This document shows, one piece after another, positions 1 to 25,296 of a stretch of 64,000 nucleotides of DNA. The DNA is from the human T2T-CHM13v2.0 reference genome, Homo sapiens: the NCBI RefSeq assembly GCF_009914755.1, contig NC_060934.1. One strand, given 5' to 3'. Numbering within the stretch: position 1 is the stretch's first letter; each line of letters begins with the position of its first letter. The position numbers and the translations under genes were made by a program. Under the pieces are notes generated by a model, which worked only from the letters and a program-made list of their open reading frames with translations, searched no databases and had not been told where the DNA came from.

Positions 1-968
1 TATTCCCTAGGCTCGGGTAGGTAGGCTTTGCCCCAGTGACTCTGTCCAGGCAACAGAATGACTCTGCTGCTGACGTAGCAAACACTGAGCTTTCAGCAGG
101 GGTCAGCAAAACACAGAGTTTCACTACTTTGTGCACTACTTTTATTTGACATGAGGCAATGCCCTGTCGTCAAGGGTTTGTTCTTGGAGTCAATACAGCT
201 GACTGTAAACACTCCCACAAGCTGTAGCTACAAATAGCTTGACCTTTTGCTCTCTGGCACCAGCCATGTAAGAAAGTCCTGGGGTGGGATGTTCACTTCT
301 AAGAACTAGTTCAGTAGTGTAATTGGGTTCAAATGTTTGGTTCTAAAGGCTAAGGCTTGGATCCCAAGATAGGTGAGCACAAACCTCTAGTTGCTGTTAA
401 GCAGTAAGTGCCCGTAGGGCTCAAGAGACCAGAGCTCAGCTCTTGGCCCTGCCACTCCTAGCTGTGTGGTCAGGCCCTGAGGCCTCCCTGGGGTCTCACT
501 TAGGAATGGGGATCAGACAAGCTGACCTCACAAGGTTGTCCCTGCTCTGCTGTTCTGTATATGGGCAGATGCAGAATCCTGTTGATTCTGAATTGTTGGA
601 TCTGGGCAGTCTATTTCTAGTCCAGGCAGTGAACAGCTGGATCAGCTTTGTTGTGGAATCAAGGCACTGAGGTTTCTCAAGCCCAGGCCTGGCTCCAGCA
701 AATCCAGCCCCTTTCTGGGCCATGACTATGGTGTTGACTCAACCAAAGCCTCAGTTGAGTTCGTCTGAGCTCAACAGGGTTCACAAATGATTGGAATCAT
801 TTTCTTTAGCATAAGTGGGTAGGCTTCTTGGGAAAGCAGAATGGGGTAGATATACTGTGGGCTCACATTCCCAATAAAGTGGCCCCTTTGCTCCATGAAA
901 CTACAAAAAAAGTGCCCCTGCTTTGGCAATGCTCAATGAGATCAAGCTGTTAAGAGCAGAATTGCTTC

Positions 969-1242
<274 letters not shown>

Positions 1243-1401
1243 TGAGTAACAAAAGAGCCGATAAAGGTTAGATTAAGGGCATGTGGCAGGGACTGGGTTT
1301 AGCAAGCTTTATAAGCTTTAGAGGGAGGTAGGGATAAGGTAGCTCTTCCTATTCAGTCTACAGCTTAAAGCTCATGGCTCTTCTGAGCCTGACAACAGAC
1401 A

Positions 1402-1407
1402 TTTAAT
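1402..1407 (-). terminator. NODAL: Possible distal NODAL poly(A) signal ATTAAA
   Basis: tttaat on +, about 960 nt downstream of the stop. Confidence 0.4.
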
Positions 1408-1759
1408 ATGAATGCATTAGGATTCACCAGCGTTCCTTTTACAAGTGGAGACTGGACAGTGAATTGCTCACCTGAGGTCGCACAGCTTCCAGTGGCTGAG
1501 CTGTGACCATAGAGCAAGTATCTTGCCACCCAGGGCAAGGCCTTCACCACTGCTGGATAGGAAGCTCAGAGGCCTCATTAATAGCACACATTGAGAGACT
1601 GAGGTGGATTGTCACCAACTTTAACAGACTCAGGCTGTGTCTGCGGAAGCAGACTGACGCAGGGATGTCTTCTGTAACCCAACATGGCCGGTCCTCTTGG
1701 ATGAGTTCCTGCCTCTGCCTTCACAGGCACCAGCTGGCCCAGGAGAACTAGACAATGGC

Positions 1760-1765
1760 TTTATT
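1760..1765 (-). terminator. NODAL: Canonical NODAL poly(A) signal AATAAA
   Basis: tttatt on +, about 600 nt downstream of the stop; upstream TGTA (CFIm) element within TGTACA at 1768-1773. Confidence 0.7.
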
Positions 1766-1895
1766 GTTGTACAGCTCATTAGCAGAGAACCACTCCAGTG
1801 AGCCTCTGGACAAGGCCAGTAGATTGCCACTGGCCAGCCAGAAAGCTGTGGGGCTCCCCCAACCCAGCCTGAGGCAATGAGATTGACGGACTCTT

Positions 1896-1901
1896 TTTAA
1901 T
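1896..1901 (-). terminator. NODAL: Proximal NODAL poly(A) signal ATTAAA
   Basis: tttaat on +, about 470 nt downstream of the stop codon. Confidence 0.55.
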
Positions 1902-1906
1902 CTATA

Positions 1907-2082
1907 CAGTGATCCTTAATCTTTGGGGAGGGGGACAGGTCACACACAGACTACTTTGGAGAATACATGAAAGCTATAGGTGACTTCATCCCACCTCCAA
2001 AATACATGCACATATGTCTCAACTTTCACATACAGTTTCGGGGGGTTCACAGGTTTTTAAAAAATCCAGTAAAGAACTCATG
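1907..2082. mobile_element. Old hAT-Charlie-type MITE in the NODAL 3'UTR
   Basis: Degenerate terminal inverted repeats cagtgatccttaat / gtaaagaactcatg; internal tttggagaat..atgaaagctat and gggggttcac blocks resemble the recalled consensus. Confidence 0.5.
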
Positions 2083-2366
2083 CACTTGTGCTTTTCCTTG
2101 CCACTGTCTTTTCAGTAAAGAGAACATCCAGCCAGCCCCCTGCACAGGCTTCTTCCTCCCTCTTCCTGACAGCAGCCTCTGTGCTTGGCCAGACTCCACT
2201 GAGCCCTTCATTTACAGAGTGGGCAGCCCCTCCTCTTCAGTTCTGGTGGGCAGAGCAACTTTGCCCCTCTCTGTTTCTCCTTACTGGATTAGATGGTTAT
2301 CATGTCTTCCAGGAGTTTCCCAGCCTTCCAGAGTGCAGGCAAATCCAGTCTCCCTCCAGGATGTCA

Positions 2367-2600
<234 letters not shown>

Positions 2601-2848
2601 TTACGGAGTTAAAGTCAGTTCCTGAGTGCAAAAATAGCAGAAAATTATTTTCATAAAGGAATTAGCTTGCCAATATATCATGAACTCTAATGTCTAAACT
2701 ACCTTTAGCTCTGTGCTTGTTTTGTGAAAACAGCCTTTAAACAGATTCAAAAAATTACATGTATCTGGGTAGAGTAGTAGCTAATTTTTTTTTTAAGTGG
2801 TAGCTAATTTTTATGTTCTCCTATTATTCTAGTCTAAAGGGAATACCA

Positions 2849-4178
<1,330 letters not shown>

Positions 4179-4698
4179 TAATGCAGCCAAACATGCCTGT
4201 TACCTACCAACTGCTTTACATGCCATGTGCATGTCATCTCATTAACCCTACAGCATCCCTCTGAAATATGGCATTGCCCTCCTCATCTTACAGGTGGAAA
4301 AACTGAAGCTTGAGATAAGCAACCTAAACAGTATCACACAGCTAATGAGGAGTCAAATGCAGGCCTGCCTGTCCCCAAAGTCCAGATTCTTCCTTTCCTA
4401 GAATGTCAGGGCTAGGGAAGTGCTGAGACCCTCTGGTCTACCCCCACCCCCTAATTTTATGAAAGACAAGGATAAAGTCCCAGGGAAACAATGTGTTCAA
4501 GGCTACCCAGTGACGCATGACCCCATACAGGCTCTATAAGGATGTTACACTCGGTCATCTCTACATGCCTGGTACCTAGCACAGGATCCTGGTACATTGG
4601 AGGTGCTTGAGTAACTGTGAATACAGGAACATAGTCATTTAATAGCAAAGCTAGAGCCCTGTCCCCCAAGGCCAGCTTACTGCCTCCCCTCCCCCTCA

Positions 4699-5469
<771 letters not shown>

Positions 5470-5809
5470 TCAGTGTCACAACCACCATAGCTCTTGCTGG
5501 AGGCCTTACCTTATATAGAATTACCTTCGAATTCTCACCCCAACTCTATGAGTTGGTAAGATTTTCGAGTCCCTTTTAGAGATGAGGAAAACTGAGGCTC
5601 AGTGTGGTTAAAAGATCTGACCAAGGTGTCATTCTTGGAAGGTGGCAGAGCCAAGAGTAAACCTGGATTTGCCCAACTGCCAAGCCCAGACTCCGAATTA
5701 CTGTTCTTCCAGTCCCCCTTCCAAGATAACTTGCACAGCCAGAGGACAGTCAGTAAAAATGTGATGAGTTGCATCTCCCCCTCCCCTGTCTCCTCCCATA
5801 CATGAAGTC

Positions 5810-9535
<3,726 letters not shown>

Positions 9536-9924
9536 TTAGCTGAAAGAGAGCAGTCTCCTAATTTACAGAAGGGAAGGCAGATAAACCAAGACGCGCCAGG
9601 GACAACAGGGAATCAGGAAGCAGGATTTGAGGCCTAGAACCCAGTTTCCAGATGCCTGTCCATCACCGCACACATCTCGAACTTTCCAGAAGGGAGTGAA
9701 CTGGAAAAGCGCTCCCTCCCTTCTTTGCCCCCTCCCATCCCCGGCCGCTTTTCGGTTGAGGGGCCGAGCACTCCAGCAAATTTCTCATTGCCCCGCCCCC
9801 GAGGGTGTCCCCTGGTCTGGCTGGTCCCCAGATGACCCTTCCGGAGAGGGTCACCGGCTGTCTGACCCCAGGCGCGGGAGCGAAGGGCCCCCGGCACCAG
9901 GTCACAAGGGGCGGGCAGGCGGCA

Positions 9925-10045
9925 GGTCGGATCAGATTAGCGTTTGTGGATTGCGCCCCGGCCCCAGGGAGGGCCGTCTGGCCCCCCCAGGCGGAGGGAG
10001 GCGTGGGCGGCCGCGGCTGCCCAGGCGGCAGAATGTGGATTGAGG
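9925..10045. promoter_or_regulatory. NODAL asymmetric/autoregulatory enhancer (ASE): paired FOXH1 sites
   Basis: TGTGGATT(G) at 9945-9952 and 10034-10041; SMAD GTCT at 9976-9979 and GC-rich elements between them. Intron-1 position matches the established FoxH1-dependent ASE. Confidence 0.8.
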
Positions 10046-10760
10046 CGCGGAAGGGGCTCCCTCTCCGCAGCACCCACCTGCTCGCCGCGCTGGGTGCCCA
10101 GAACGCGCTGCCAGGTCCTCGAGGGCGATACCCTCAGATCCCTGCCGTCCTTGACACCCACTCCCCTGCAAATCATGGCCCCGAACCCGGGGTTAAGCGA
10201 GACACTTGACACTTCCCCGGCGCGGCTGGAGGACCCAAGGCTGCCACAGTTCGCGACTTCGGGACAGCCCATCCCTGATCTCCGGGCCGTGAGCCCGAAT
10301 CCCCGATGTTACCAGCTCAGCTGCCGATACTCCCGACGTCACACCCCGGGACCCATTCACCCTCACTCGCAGAAAGAAAAAAAAATCGCCAAGACCAAAC
10401 CATTACAGTAATACCAACGACCGTTGACTGTGGCTGTGCCGGGTACTGCGCTGAGCGTTTCGCGCGCATTGTCATCTCGCGCTTTCCACAGTCTGATAGG
10501 CGAGGTGTTATTTATTACACCTATCCTACAGATGCGCAGACCCAGGCTCCGGGATAAGCAACTTCACAAGACTGGAGATTAGAAGCTCCCACCCTTCCGC
10601 GCTGCGCTCCGCGCAATCCCAAACCAAAACCCAGAGACAATGGTCCCCGTCGAGGACACACCCTGAACGCTAGAATCCCTTCCCGACTCGGCCGTGGATA
10701 CGCCCCCAGCCACCAACGCTGCACCCCGAGCCTGCTGACGCGGAGACACCCGCAGAGCTA

Positions 10761-11195
<435 letters not shown>

Positions 11196-12328
11196 TTAAG
11201 ATCATATAACCCCCCTCCGGAGGGTGGGGGGCAGAGAGACCTCCTGCTGGGGATGGGCGAGACCTGAGCCTGGTGCGGAGGAGGCCCGCAAAGCTGGCGG
11301 AGGACCTAGTTCCAGGGACGGGATCTAGGGCTCCTGGTTTGCCCGGTCTGGACACCCTGGCACCCTGCTCCTCTAGGTACCAAACGCCTTGATGCTGAGA
11401 CAGAGCAGGCTTGTCCCGGCAGATTCCCAGGTCAGAACTGCGACTTCCTTACTCGACCTCACCTGGGATCCCTGCCCCATCCTCTCCACTCAGGCTGCAA
11501 ATGGACCGCAGGCTCCTCAAGAAGCAGGAAGAGAATGCCGAGGGATCCTCGTGGCTCTCAGGCAGACTTTGACACAATCTGGCCGGCGCAGCCTCCCTGG
11601 CCACTGTCTAGATGGCCTCGGGGAGCACCCCTGGCCCTACCAAATACTGAAGTGCTTTCCTGGGGAAGACAGAAGGCAGGAGGGACCAGGACGATGACTT
11701 CTCCACCTGAAAAGGGAGTGTTCAGCAGAAGCTGGAGCCAGATGGAGCCAACGGGGTGATCCTGGTTCATCAGGCTCTTCCCCGACAGGCAGACATCACC
11801 CCAGTGATTTCAGGAGGAAAGGTGTTACCCTTGTTGCCCACATCCCCCAATCCCTGCCTGGTGTGGCAGGGCCACAGAAGACCTGGGTGTCGGCTCAGGG
11901 CCACTCACTTTGATCTCTGGGCTCAGCTTTCCTTATTTGCACAAGAGTGATCTTGTCTGGCCTCCTCCCTTCCAGGTGCAAAGTCAAATCAGGGCTGGAA
12001 TGACTTTTAAAGAAATGTAAATCCCTGCCCCAGTGTCTGGCCCCATCCGTTTTCCTTTACACCTGAGGGCTCTTTCTCTTCTTAGCTCCCCCCACCTACC
12101 TAGCCTTGACAAGCACTTAGCTGCTGGCCAACACTTACTGAACACTTACTAAGCGCCAGGCATAGTGCTAAGTGCTCTATACACCTGACTTCTTTCACAG
12201 GATGCCTCTAGCTCAAAAGAACCATAGGCTGCTGGCCAGGCACGGTGGCTCACACCTGTAATTTCAGCACTTAGGGAGGATGAGGCTGGCAGATACCTGA
12301 GCTCAGGAGTTCAAGACCAGCCTGGTCA

Positions 12329-12616
<288 letters not shown>

Positions 12617-13107
12617 CTAGGAGCTCCAAGCCTTTGTCCTCTGTCTTAGGGGAGGAGGCTGTCCCACATAGCTGGAGGCCTCATCTAAGATTCAGGAGAC
12701 CTGGGCTGTCCACCACATGAGCCCTGGACAGTCTGTTAGTTTCCTAAAGCTGGAAATGTCTTGTTCATCCTGCTGTCACACAGTATATACCATCATCATC
12801 GTTGGAACCCAAAAAATCTGTGTTAAGTAAATAATTCAGGCCAGGTGTGGTGGTTCATGCCTGTAATCCCAACACATGGGAGGCCAAGGCTGGAGGATAG
12901 CTTGAGGCCAGGAGTTTGAGACCAGTCTGGTCAACATAGCAAGACCCTCTTTAAAAAAAAAAAATAAAAACAAGTAAATAATTCAGTGAGGCCAGACGCA
13001 GTGGCTCACGCCTGTAATCCTAGCACTTTGGGAGGCTGAGGTGGGAAGATCACCTGAGGTCGGGGGTTTGAGACCAGCTTGACCAACATGGAGAAAGCCT
13101 GTCTCTA

Positions 13108-13269
<162 letters not shown>

Positions 13270-13313
13270 TCAAAAAAATAAAAAAAAAATTCAGTGAATG
13301 GCACTATGTCTGA

Positions 13314-14100
<787 letters not shown>

Positions 14101-15279
14101 AGGGTTCTTGTTGCAGTTTGTAACCCACCTCTCTACATTGTTTCCTCATCTGCAAAACATGTCTAGAGATTACTCCTCCCATGTAGACTAAACGAAATGA
14201 ATGTAAAAATGCTTTACAAGCTCTAAAACCTGATGTCACCGTAGAGGATGATGCATGCGGGTATTATTGTGGGTGGTCCATGGTTGTCATCTGACTTCCC
14301 CAGCCTAGAGACTCAGCCTCAGCCCTCTGTGTCAGACCCCTCCCCAGAGGCAGAAGGCACCCTCATCCAGGTCATGCACATATAAATACAACAATGACAG
14401 GTTGTGGTTTGTGCTGTGGGAGCCTCTGACCAGGACTCAGGTTCCAAGGATGGCAGCACAGGGAAGGCACAGACAACTAGATGGAGGTGCAGGAGTCAGA
14501 CGCAGTGAAGCCAATTCCAGAACCCAGGTCTACCAAATCACCATGTGGCCTAGTGTGTAGGTGGTCCCTGTTTAAACATGCTCAGCTCAGCTCAGAGCAC
14601 CCTCATCCACTGAGACTGGGAAGGAACAAAAAAGACGGCATGCTTTCCATGCTGGACCAGAAGCTTCTTTTTTTTAATTTTTAATTAATTAATTAATTAA
14701 TTTTTTGAGACGGAGTCTCGCTCTGTCGCCCAGACTAGAGTGCAGTGGTGCCATCTCGGCTCACTGCAAACTCCGCCTCCTGGGTTCACGCCATTCTCCT
14801 GCCTCAGTATCCTGAATAGCTGGGACTACAGGCGCCCCCCACCACGCCCGGCTAATTTTTTGTATTTTTCAGTAGAGATGGGGTTTCACCGTGTTAGCCA
14901 GGATGGTCTCGATCTCCTGATCTCGTGATCCACCCGCCTTGGCCTCCCAAAGTGCTGGGATTACAGGCATGAGCCACCGCGCCTGGCCGGCGCTCACTGT
15001 TTAAGGTAAAATGAATAATAATAACCATAGCTAACATTTATTGAGCACCTAATGCACCAGACATTCTGCTAATAATTGCATTGATTTTATCCTCATCCCC
15101 ACTTCAGAGACGATGAGAAAACAGAAGCTCAGATAATTTGCCCAAAGCCACAAATTTACAAGTGGAAACAGCCAGTATGTGAAGGGTCAGTCTGCTTGTC
15201 ACCCAAACCCGTTGCTTCCCCATAGAAGAGGAGTGAAAATGTGCCTTGTACTAAGACTTTTAAAAAAACTCTCAAATAA

Positions 15280-15395
15280 CGTCTTGCCTTTCCCAGGGTC
15301 CAACAGCTGCAGACAGCTCATTTCTGATGTGTATTGGCTTAGAGCCCTGTGGAGGCCTGGAATTTCTCTCTGACCCGCAAGAGCAACTGTCTGAC
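15280..15395. promoter_or_regulatory. Candidate left-side/AIE enhancer: single FOXH1 site with SMAD elements, about -4.2 kb
   Basis: TGTGTATT(G) 15328-15335; CAGAC 15310-15314, GTCT 15281, GTCTG 15389. Unique sequence at the distance known for the mouse element. Confidence 0.55.
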
Positions 15396-16467
15396 AAAGC
15401 TCATCCATCTCTGAACTTTCTTGGGCTCTGGCACTATCCCTGGAAGAACCTGAATCTCTGTTGCTTTTTTAGGACCGAGGCTAACAGTCACCCTCACTTT
15501 TTAAAGACATTAGTTAGTCCAGGATCTCTTTCATATAAGAAAGACCAGAAGTGCCCTTTTTCCAGGTGAGGAATGACACCTTCTCGTTTCCTCTGCCCAG
15601 ACAGACTGACCGTCAGATTCCCTGACCTGGGAGATAACCTTTGAGGCCATCCCAGCTGGCAAGAGGGTGGGGGCAAAGTCCCTTGAGGTTCTCAGATGCT
15701 TTCCATAGAGACATTTTGGACCCTCCCTTGATGTGAGCAGCAATGTGTGACATGGTTAAGTGCTTGGATCCTGAAGTTGAGCCTCCAGGAGGCAGAATCT
15801 GGATACTTCTCTGTCACTTCCTGCCTAGGGATATTAGACCAGGCACTTAGCATCCTGAAGCTTCTGCTTGCTCAGCTGTAAAATGGAGACAAATCATATC
15901 TACTGACAGGAATGCTATAAATAGTAAATGTGTGTAAAGTGTATAGTGCACGTAGCATTTAGTCATTCATTCATTCATTCATTCATCGAACAAACCTGCT
16001 TGTCTAGTGAGTCTCTGGTAGGCTGACTTAGAGCTAGATTCTCAGGGAATCAAGGACATGTGTTTAGTGAGCATTTCCTGTATGCCAGGGGTGACACTGG
16101 CTGCCTTTGCCTGTATATTGCCTATATAAGCAATCCTGTTCACCCCTCACTGATGTTCTGTGCGGAAAGCCTTTCAGGGATGGAGAAACTGAGGTACACA
16201 GGAATTAAAGCATAAGCTTTGTGAGGGTGGAGAGCACCTGCTTCATCATATCCCTCTGTGCCTAGCATAGCTCCTGGCACACAGGTACCAGTAAGTATTT
16301 GCTAAGTGATTGAACCCCATATTCCCAAAGCAGGGCCCCCAAACACCCTTGCCTTTCACATATTCTTTCCTCCTGCTGTTTCTACTTTATCTCCCCCGGT
16401 AAACTCCTAAACTCCTACTCATCTATCAAGACACAGTTTAAAAGTCTCCTCTTCCACAAACCTGTAA

Positions 16468-16629
<162 letters not shown>

Positions 16630-16740
16630 TGAGTAGCTGATATTACAGGTGAGTGCCACCAGGCCTGGCTAATTTTTGTATTTTTAGTAGAGATGGGGTT
16701 TCAGCATGTTGGCCAGGCTGGTCTCAAACTCCCAACCTCA

Positions 16741-16950
<210 letters not shown>

Positions 16951-19546
16951 CTACAAAAAATTTAAAAATTAGCCAGCTTGTGCCTGTAGTCCCAGCTACT
17001 TGGGAGGCTGAGATGGCAGGAGGTCAAGGCTGCAGTGAGCCATGATCACACCACTCCACTCCAGCCTGGGTGACAGAGTGAGACCCTGTCTCAGGAAAAA
17101 AAAAAAAGAAGAAGAAGAAGAAGAAAATCAACAAGCAAAATAAAGCATCGTAGAGCAGTTGTCTAAACTCTCTTCAGTGAAGGCCACCAGCCTACAGATT
17201 GTGAGCTGCCTAGGAGCAGGGGTGACCCCTGACTCCTTTCTCTCTGAGGCCCCAGCCCCTGGTTTATAACTGCCCACTGTTTGCTGGAATCTGCAACCTA
17301 CGTGAATGAATTCAATCTCATAAAGGCAGGTCTAAGACAAGTCTCTCGCTTCTACCTTTAGTCTGTATCCCCAACTGTTGGTCTTGGAGGCTGATGCCCA
17401 GGCTGAGAGGTGCCATCCAGTGACTCTGCTGGCATATGTGGCTCTCTGTGATCTCGTGGCTCTCTGTGATCTCAAGCTAGAAATGAGCCTCCATCTCCAG
17501 CCCTGTTGTCCAGAGCCCTCCCCTGCAAACCCCTTAGAGCCCAAAAGCACTCCAGCCACATGCAAACACCTGCCCTTCCCCAAAGTTCAGAGCTGTTCTT
17601 TCTCTGCCCAAAATGATTTTGCCTCCTCTTCATTCAACAAAACATTCCTATTTCTCCCACAGAATCCAGCCCAAGAGTCTTTTCTTCCATGAAGCTTTCC
17701 TTGTATGACCTCCCTCCCCTCAGGCACTCTCCCCTGAGACCCCTTCCTTATCCAGGCTCTGATCCCAGCCATTCTTTGTTTATGGGACATGATCTTTGAG
17801 CCCCTGGGAGTTTCCCACCAGCAAGCCTGGTGCTGGTTTGCACTGTATTCTTCAAAGCGCTGGGCAAAGGGCCTGGTATGCAGTAAGTGGAGGTTGCAAA
17901 CCATGCCTGCAGCTGGCCCTGGCTGATGCAGTGTTTTGTCTGCCCGCCAACTATGTTTTTAAAAGTTTTGGGCTGACTGCCATGGCTTGCACCTGTAATC
18001 CCAGCACTTTCAGAGGCTGAGACAGGAGGATCACTTGAGCCCAGGAGTTTAAGACCAGCCTGGGCAACATAGCATGACTTCATCTCTAAAACAACAGAAA
18101 AGTACATCCCGGCCTACATGGTGAAACTCCGTCTCTACTAAAAATACAAAAATTAGCCAGGTGTGGTGGTGCATGCATGTAATCCTAGCTATTCGGGAGG
18201 CTGAGACGGGAGAATCGCTTGAACCACGGAGTCGGAGGTTGCAGTGAGCTGAGATGTGCCTCTGCACTCCAGCCTGGGCGACAGAGTGAGACTCCACCTC
18301 AAAAAATAAAATAAAATAAAAAAGAAAGAAAAAGGTATCTGGGCATTGTGGCCTACACCTGTAGTTTCAGCTATGCAGGAGGCTAAAGGAGGGAAGATGG
18401 CTTGGGTACAGGAGGTTGAGGCTGCAGTGAGCCATGACTGTGCTACTGTACTCCAGCCTGGGCCACAGACTGAGACCCTGTCTCAAACACAACAAAACAA
18501 AAAACAAAAAGAAAGAAAAGTTTTTAAGATGCCAACAGTGTACATTTTTGAGATTGTTCATAAAATACGTTTTTGTTTTTTTTTCTTCATTTGAGAAATG
18601 GAAAGAAAGGCCTGGACCCTCATTTCAACATGGAAAAGTTTCCCTAAAGCCAAATTGTCACTATTTCCTTTAGGCAGGGTCTATTCTCTTAAGTGCTAGA
18701 GTCAATCCTTAACTTATTACACCCAATTTGCCTGGCCCTGGAGAACCTTGTTATATTTTATTTTATTTTAAAATTATTATTAGTTTTTTGAGATGGAGTC
18801 TCACTCTGTCACCCAGGCTGGAGTGCAGTGGACTGATCTCGTCTCACTGCAACCTCTGCCTCCCAGTTCAAGTGATTCTCATGCCTCAGCCTCCCGAGTA
18901 GCTGGGATTACAGGCATGCACCAGTATGCCCGGCTAATTTTTGTATTTTTAGTAGAGACGAGGTTTCACTATGTTGCCGGGCTGGTCTTGAACTCCTGAC
19001 CTCAGGTGATCCGTCCCTCTCAGCCTACCAAAGCAGTGGGATTACAGGTGTGAGCCACTGCTCCCAGCCCCACTTGTTATATTTTAGATGAGAGAAAGTC
19101 ACTCTGGAGTCAGTTAGGAGTGTTTGGGTTGGGCCCATCTCATTGTCCTTCTTCAAAGGGACTAATTCATGCATTGTGGGTAGCTGGCCCAGGCTGGATG
19201 AGATAGACATAATCTATTCTATAAAGGCTTACTATAATGTGTTTGCACTCTCCTATCAATCCTATGAAGTGGATTGGATGGTTACTCCCATTTTACAGGT
19301 GAGGAAACTGAGGCTCAGAGAGGTTAAGCAGCTTACCCAGGTGGAGCATCTAGCAGGTGGTAATGTGAGGGGCCCTAAGTCGTTGTGACTTGAGAAGCCA
19401 CACTGGATGCTCCCTTGTCCCAGCAGAGTCACTTATTATTACTTTCCTTGCACAGAGAGGTCTTTCCCAGCTTCCCCCATCTAAATTGACATCCTGCACT
19501 CTGTTATATCACTCTGTTGATTTTCTCCACAGCTCTTCCATGGTCA

Positions 19547-19871
<325 letters not shown>

Positions 19872-20529
19872 TTACCTTATTTTGTTTTGTACTGTAAGTT
19901 TCTTTTTTATCCTTTCCCCTCCCCAGCACTAGGCTGGCTATAAGCAGCTTCTCTCTTTAGTTCATTGCTGGACCCCCAGTCGTTAGCACAGTTCTTGACA
20001 CATGCAAGTGTTCATAGTACACCTTTGTTGAATGAATGCATTTAACCTGGTGTCTGCATTGCAGGACACAGAGGTAAAAAGGCAAAGACAGGGAAGGTGC
20101 TTCTTGGTCCAGTGGCCACTAAAAGGACATAAGTCCCTCAGGTCAGCAGCTTCCACTGCTTTCAAGTTCTTCCACCTCACTCTCCTGAGCACACGGTTGG
20201 ATACACAGTGGGTCTCAAATACTGGGTGCACTGTCTTGGCATGCTGACGTCTGGACATCAGCAAGACAATGTCTTCTGTGTCCCCATCTCCTTATGGACA
20301 TGATTCATGTTACTGCACCTTCTGTGTGCATCGCTCATGCCTCCAGTCTCTCCCGTGGTCCTTGCAGGAGCTATGTGACCTGAGCAGGGCTGGTACCACC
20401 CTCAGACAGGGTGACTGGCCCCACATCATCCAGCTGGCAGGGCCTGGTCTGTCTGACTCTGAAGCTCAAGCTCCTCCTGCTCCCATGGCCCCCCAGCCTC
20501 TTGGGGTGGAGCCAAGTCGAGGCTTGCGC

Positions 20530-20702
20530 TTCCCACAGGGTCAGGAGGTGAAGGCACAGCCTGGCCTTGGAACCCCGCGGAATGGGAAGGTTTTGTGAAA
20601 CAAACAGAGAGACCACCAGGAGGGTGCCCTCCCCTCCCACCCCGGAAGCTTCTCAGAGATTCCCATAGCCCAGCCAGCTGCCTCTGCCTCCCACCTTCCC
20701 AC
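20530..20702. promoter_or_regulatory. Candidate node enhancer (NDE): RBPJ/CSL site cluster, about -9.5 kb
   Basis: TTCCCAC (=GTGGGAA) at 20530-20536 and 20696-20702, plus TGGGAA cores at 20583-20588 (+) and 20660-20665 (-). Distance matches the Notch-dependent NDE. Confidence 0.65.
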
Positions 20703-20782
20703 TTCCCCTCCACGGGGAGTCACTGGTGCTGAAGTTGAGTTGGAGATGACCTAACTCTGAGCCTGGGGGTGGGAGAAAGGCT

Positions 20783-20784
<2 letters not shown>

Positions 20785-20834
<50 letters not shown>
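20785..20834. repeat. (GA)25 microsatellite
   Basis: Direct read. Confidence 0.97.
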
Positions 20835-20838
<4 letters not shown>

Positions 20839-20866
20839 AAGAAAGCCATGAATAAGAATCAGAACT

Positions 20867-22444
<1,578 letters not shown>

Positions 22445-22574
22445 TCAGCACTTAGGGAGTGCTTACTGTGTGCCAGGCACTGACTGTACCAAAGAGATTT
22501 ATATGTGCAGTTAGCTCAGTGTCTTCCAAAATTGCTTGAAGACAGTAATCACTGGGAGCAATTATTAGTCATAA

Positions 22575-24470
<1,896 letters not shown>

Positions 24471-24867
24471 CTTGTAGGTCTATAGCCTCAGGGGCCCTGG
24501 GGTGGGACCCGGGAATCCTTGCTCTTTCAAAGAGTAAGGTGGGAAACAGCATAATCTCTTCTCTCTCTCCGTCTCTCTCTCTGTCTTTCTCTCTCCCTCT
24601 CTTTAGCTCTCTGGCTTTTCACAAACCCATGAGATAGGTATTTCTAAAGATGAGGGATCGGAGGCTCAGAGAGGCTCGGTGACTTGCCTCAGGTCACACA
24701 GCTCATTAACAACGGTGCTGGGATTGGAGTGCAGGCAGTCTGACTCCAAAGCCCACACAGGCAGGGGCTGGGGGCACTTACATCATCTCAAACTCCCCAG
24801 TCCCTGTTCCTTGTTGGCCACTGACCGCAGAGCTCTCAAGAGCCCCAGGCTGGTGCATTCCCCACTA

Positions 24868-25296
24868 ACATCAAAGGGCCCCAGGCTTCAAAGGCAGGTG
24901 AGGAAGATGCACATACCCCATACCTGGCTGGGTATGCAGGGAAGCCTGGGAGAGCTAATACGATTAAGCAGAGACCCAGTGGGGCCGGAAGTAGCTTCCC
25001 TGAGTAGATCATTCACTGGAAGTGGCTTGCATACATTCTCACCCACCAACCACCCTCAGAGTCTTTCATTCTAGGGCTACTAGCAAAACCTCTGGACACT
25101 TGGGAATTAGGACAGCAGTGGGGGCTGTGCCAATTGAGTGTCCATCCCATAGATGGACAAACTTGTTTGAAGCCAATTGTTACCAAATTTGTGCCAGGCA
25201 TGGTGCTGAGTGCTTCAGACTTGTCTCATTTTTATTCTGAAATTAGGTACAGGGTAACTATGTTAAATGCATGACTCCAAGGAGCTCCTTTGATGT
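24868..25296. promoter_or_regulatory. Candidate proximal epiblast enhancer (PEE): three TCF/LEF sites, about -14 kb
   Basis: ACATCAAAGG 24868-24877, CTTCAAAGG 24886-24894, CCTTTGATGT 25287-25296. Order upstream of the RBPJ cluster matches the mouse PEE. Confidence 0.65.

Noticed and set aside
1-960. EIF4EBP2 3' end (AATAAA at 873)
   Set aside because: No recognisable exon; by recalled gene order that gene ends left of the window
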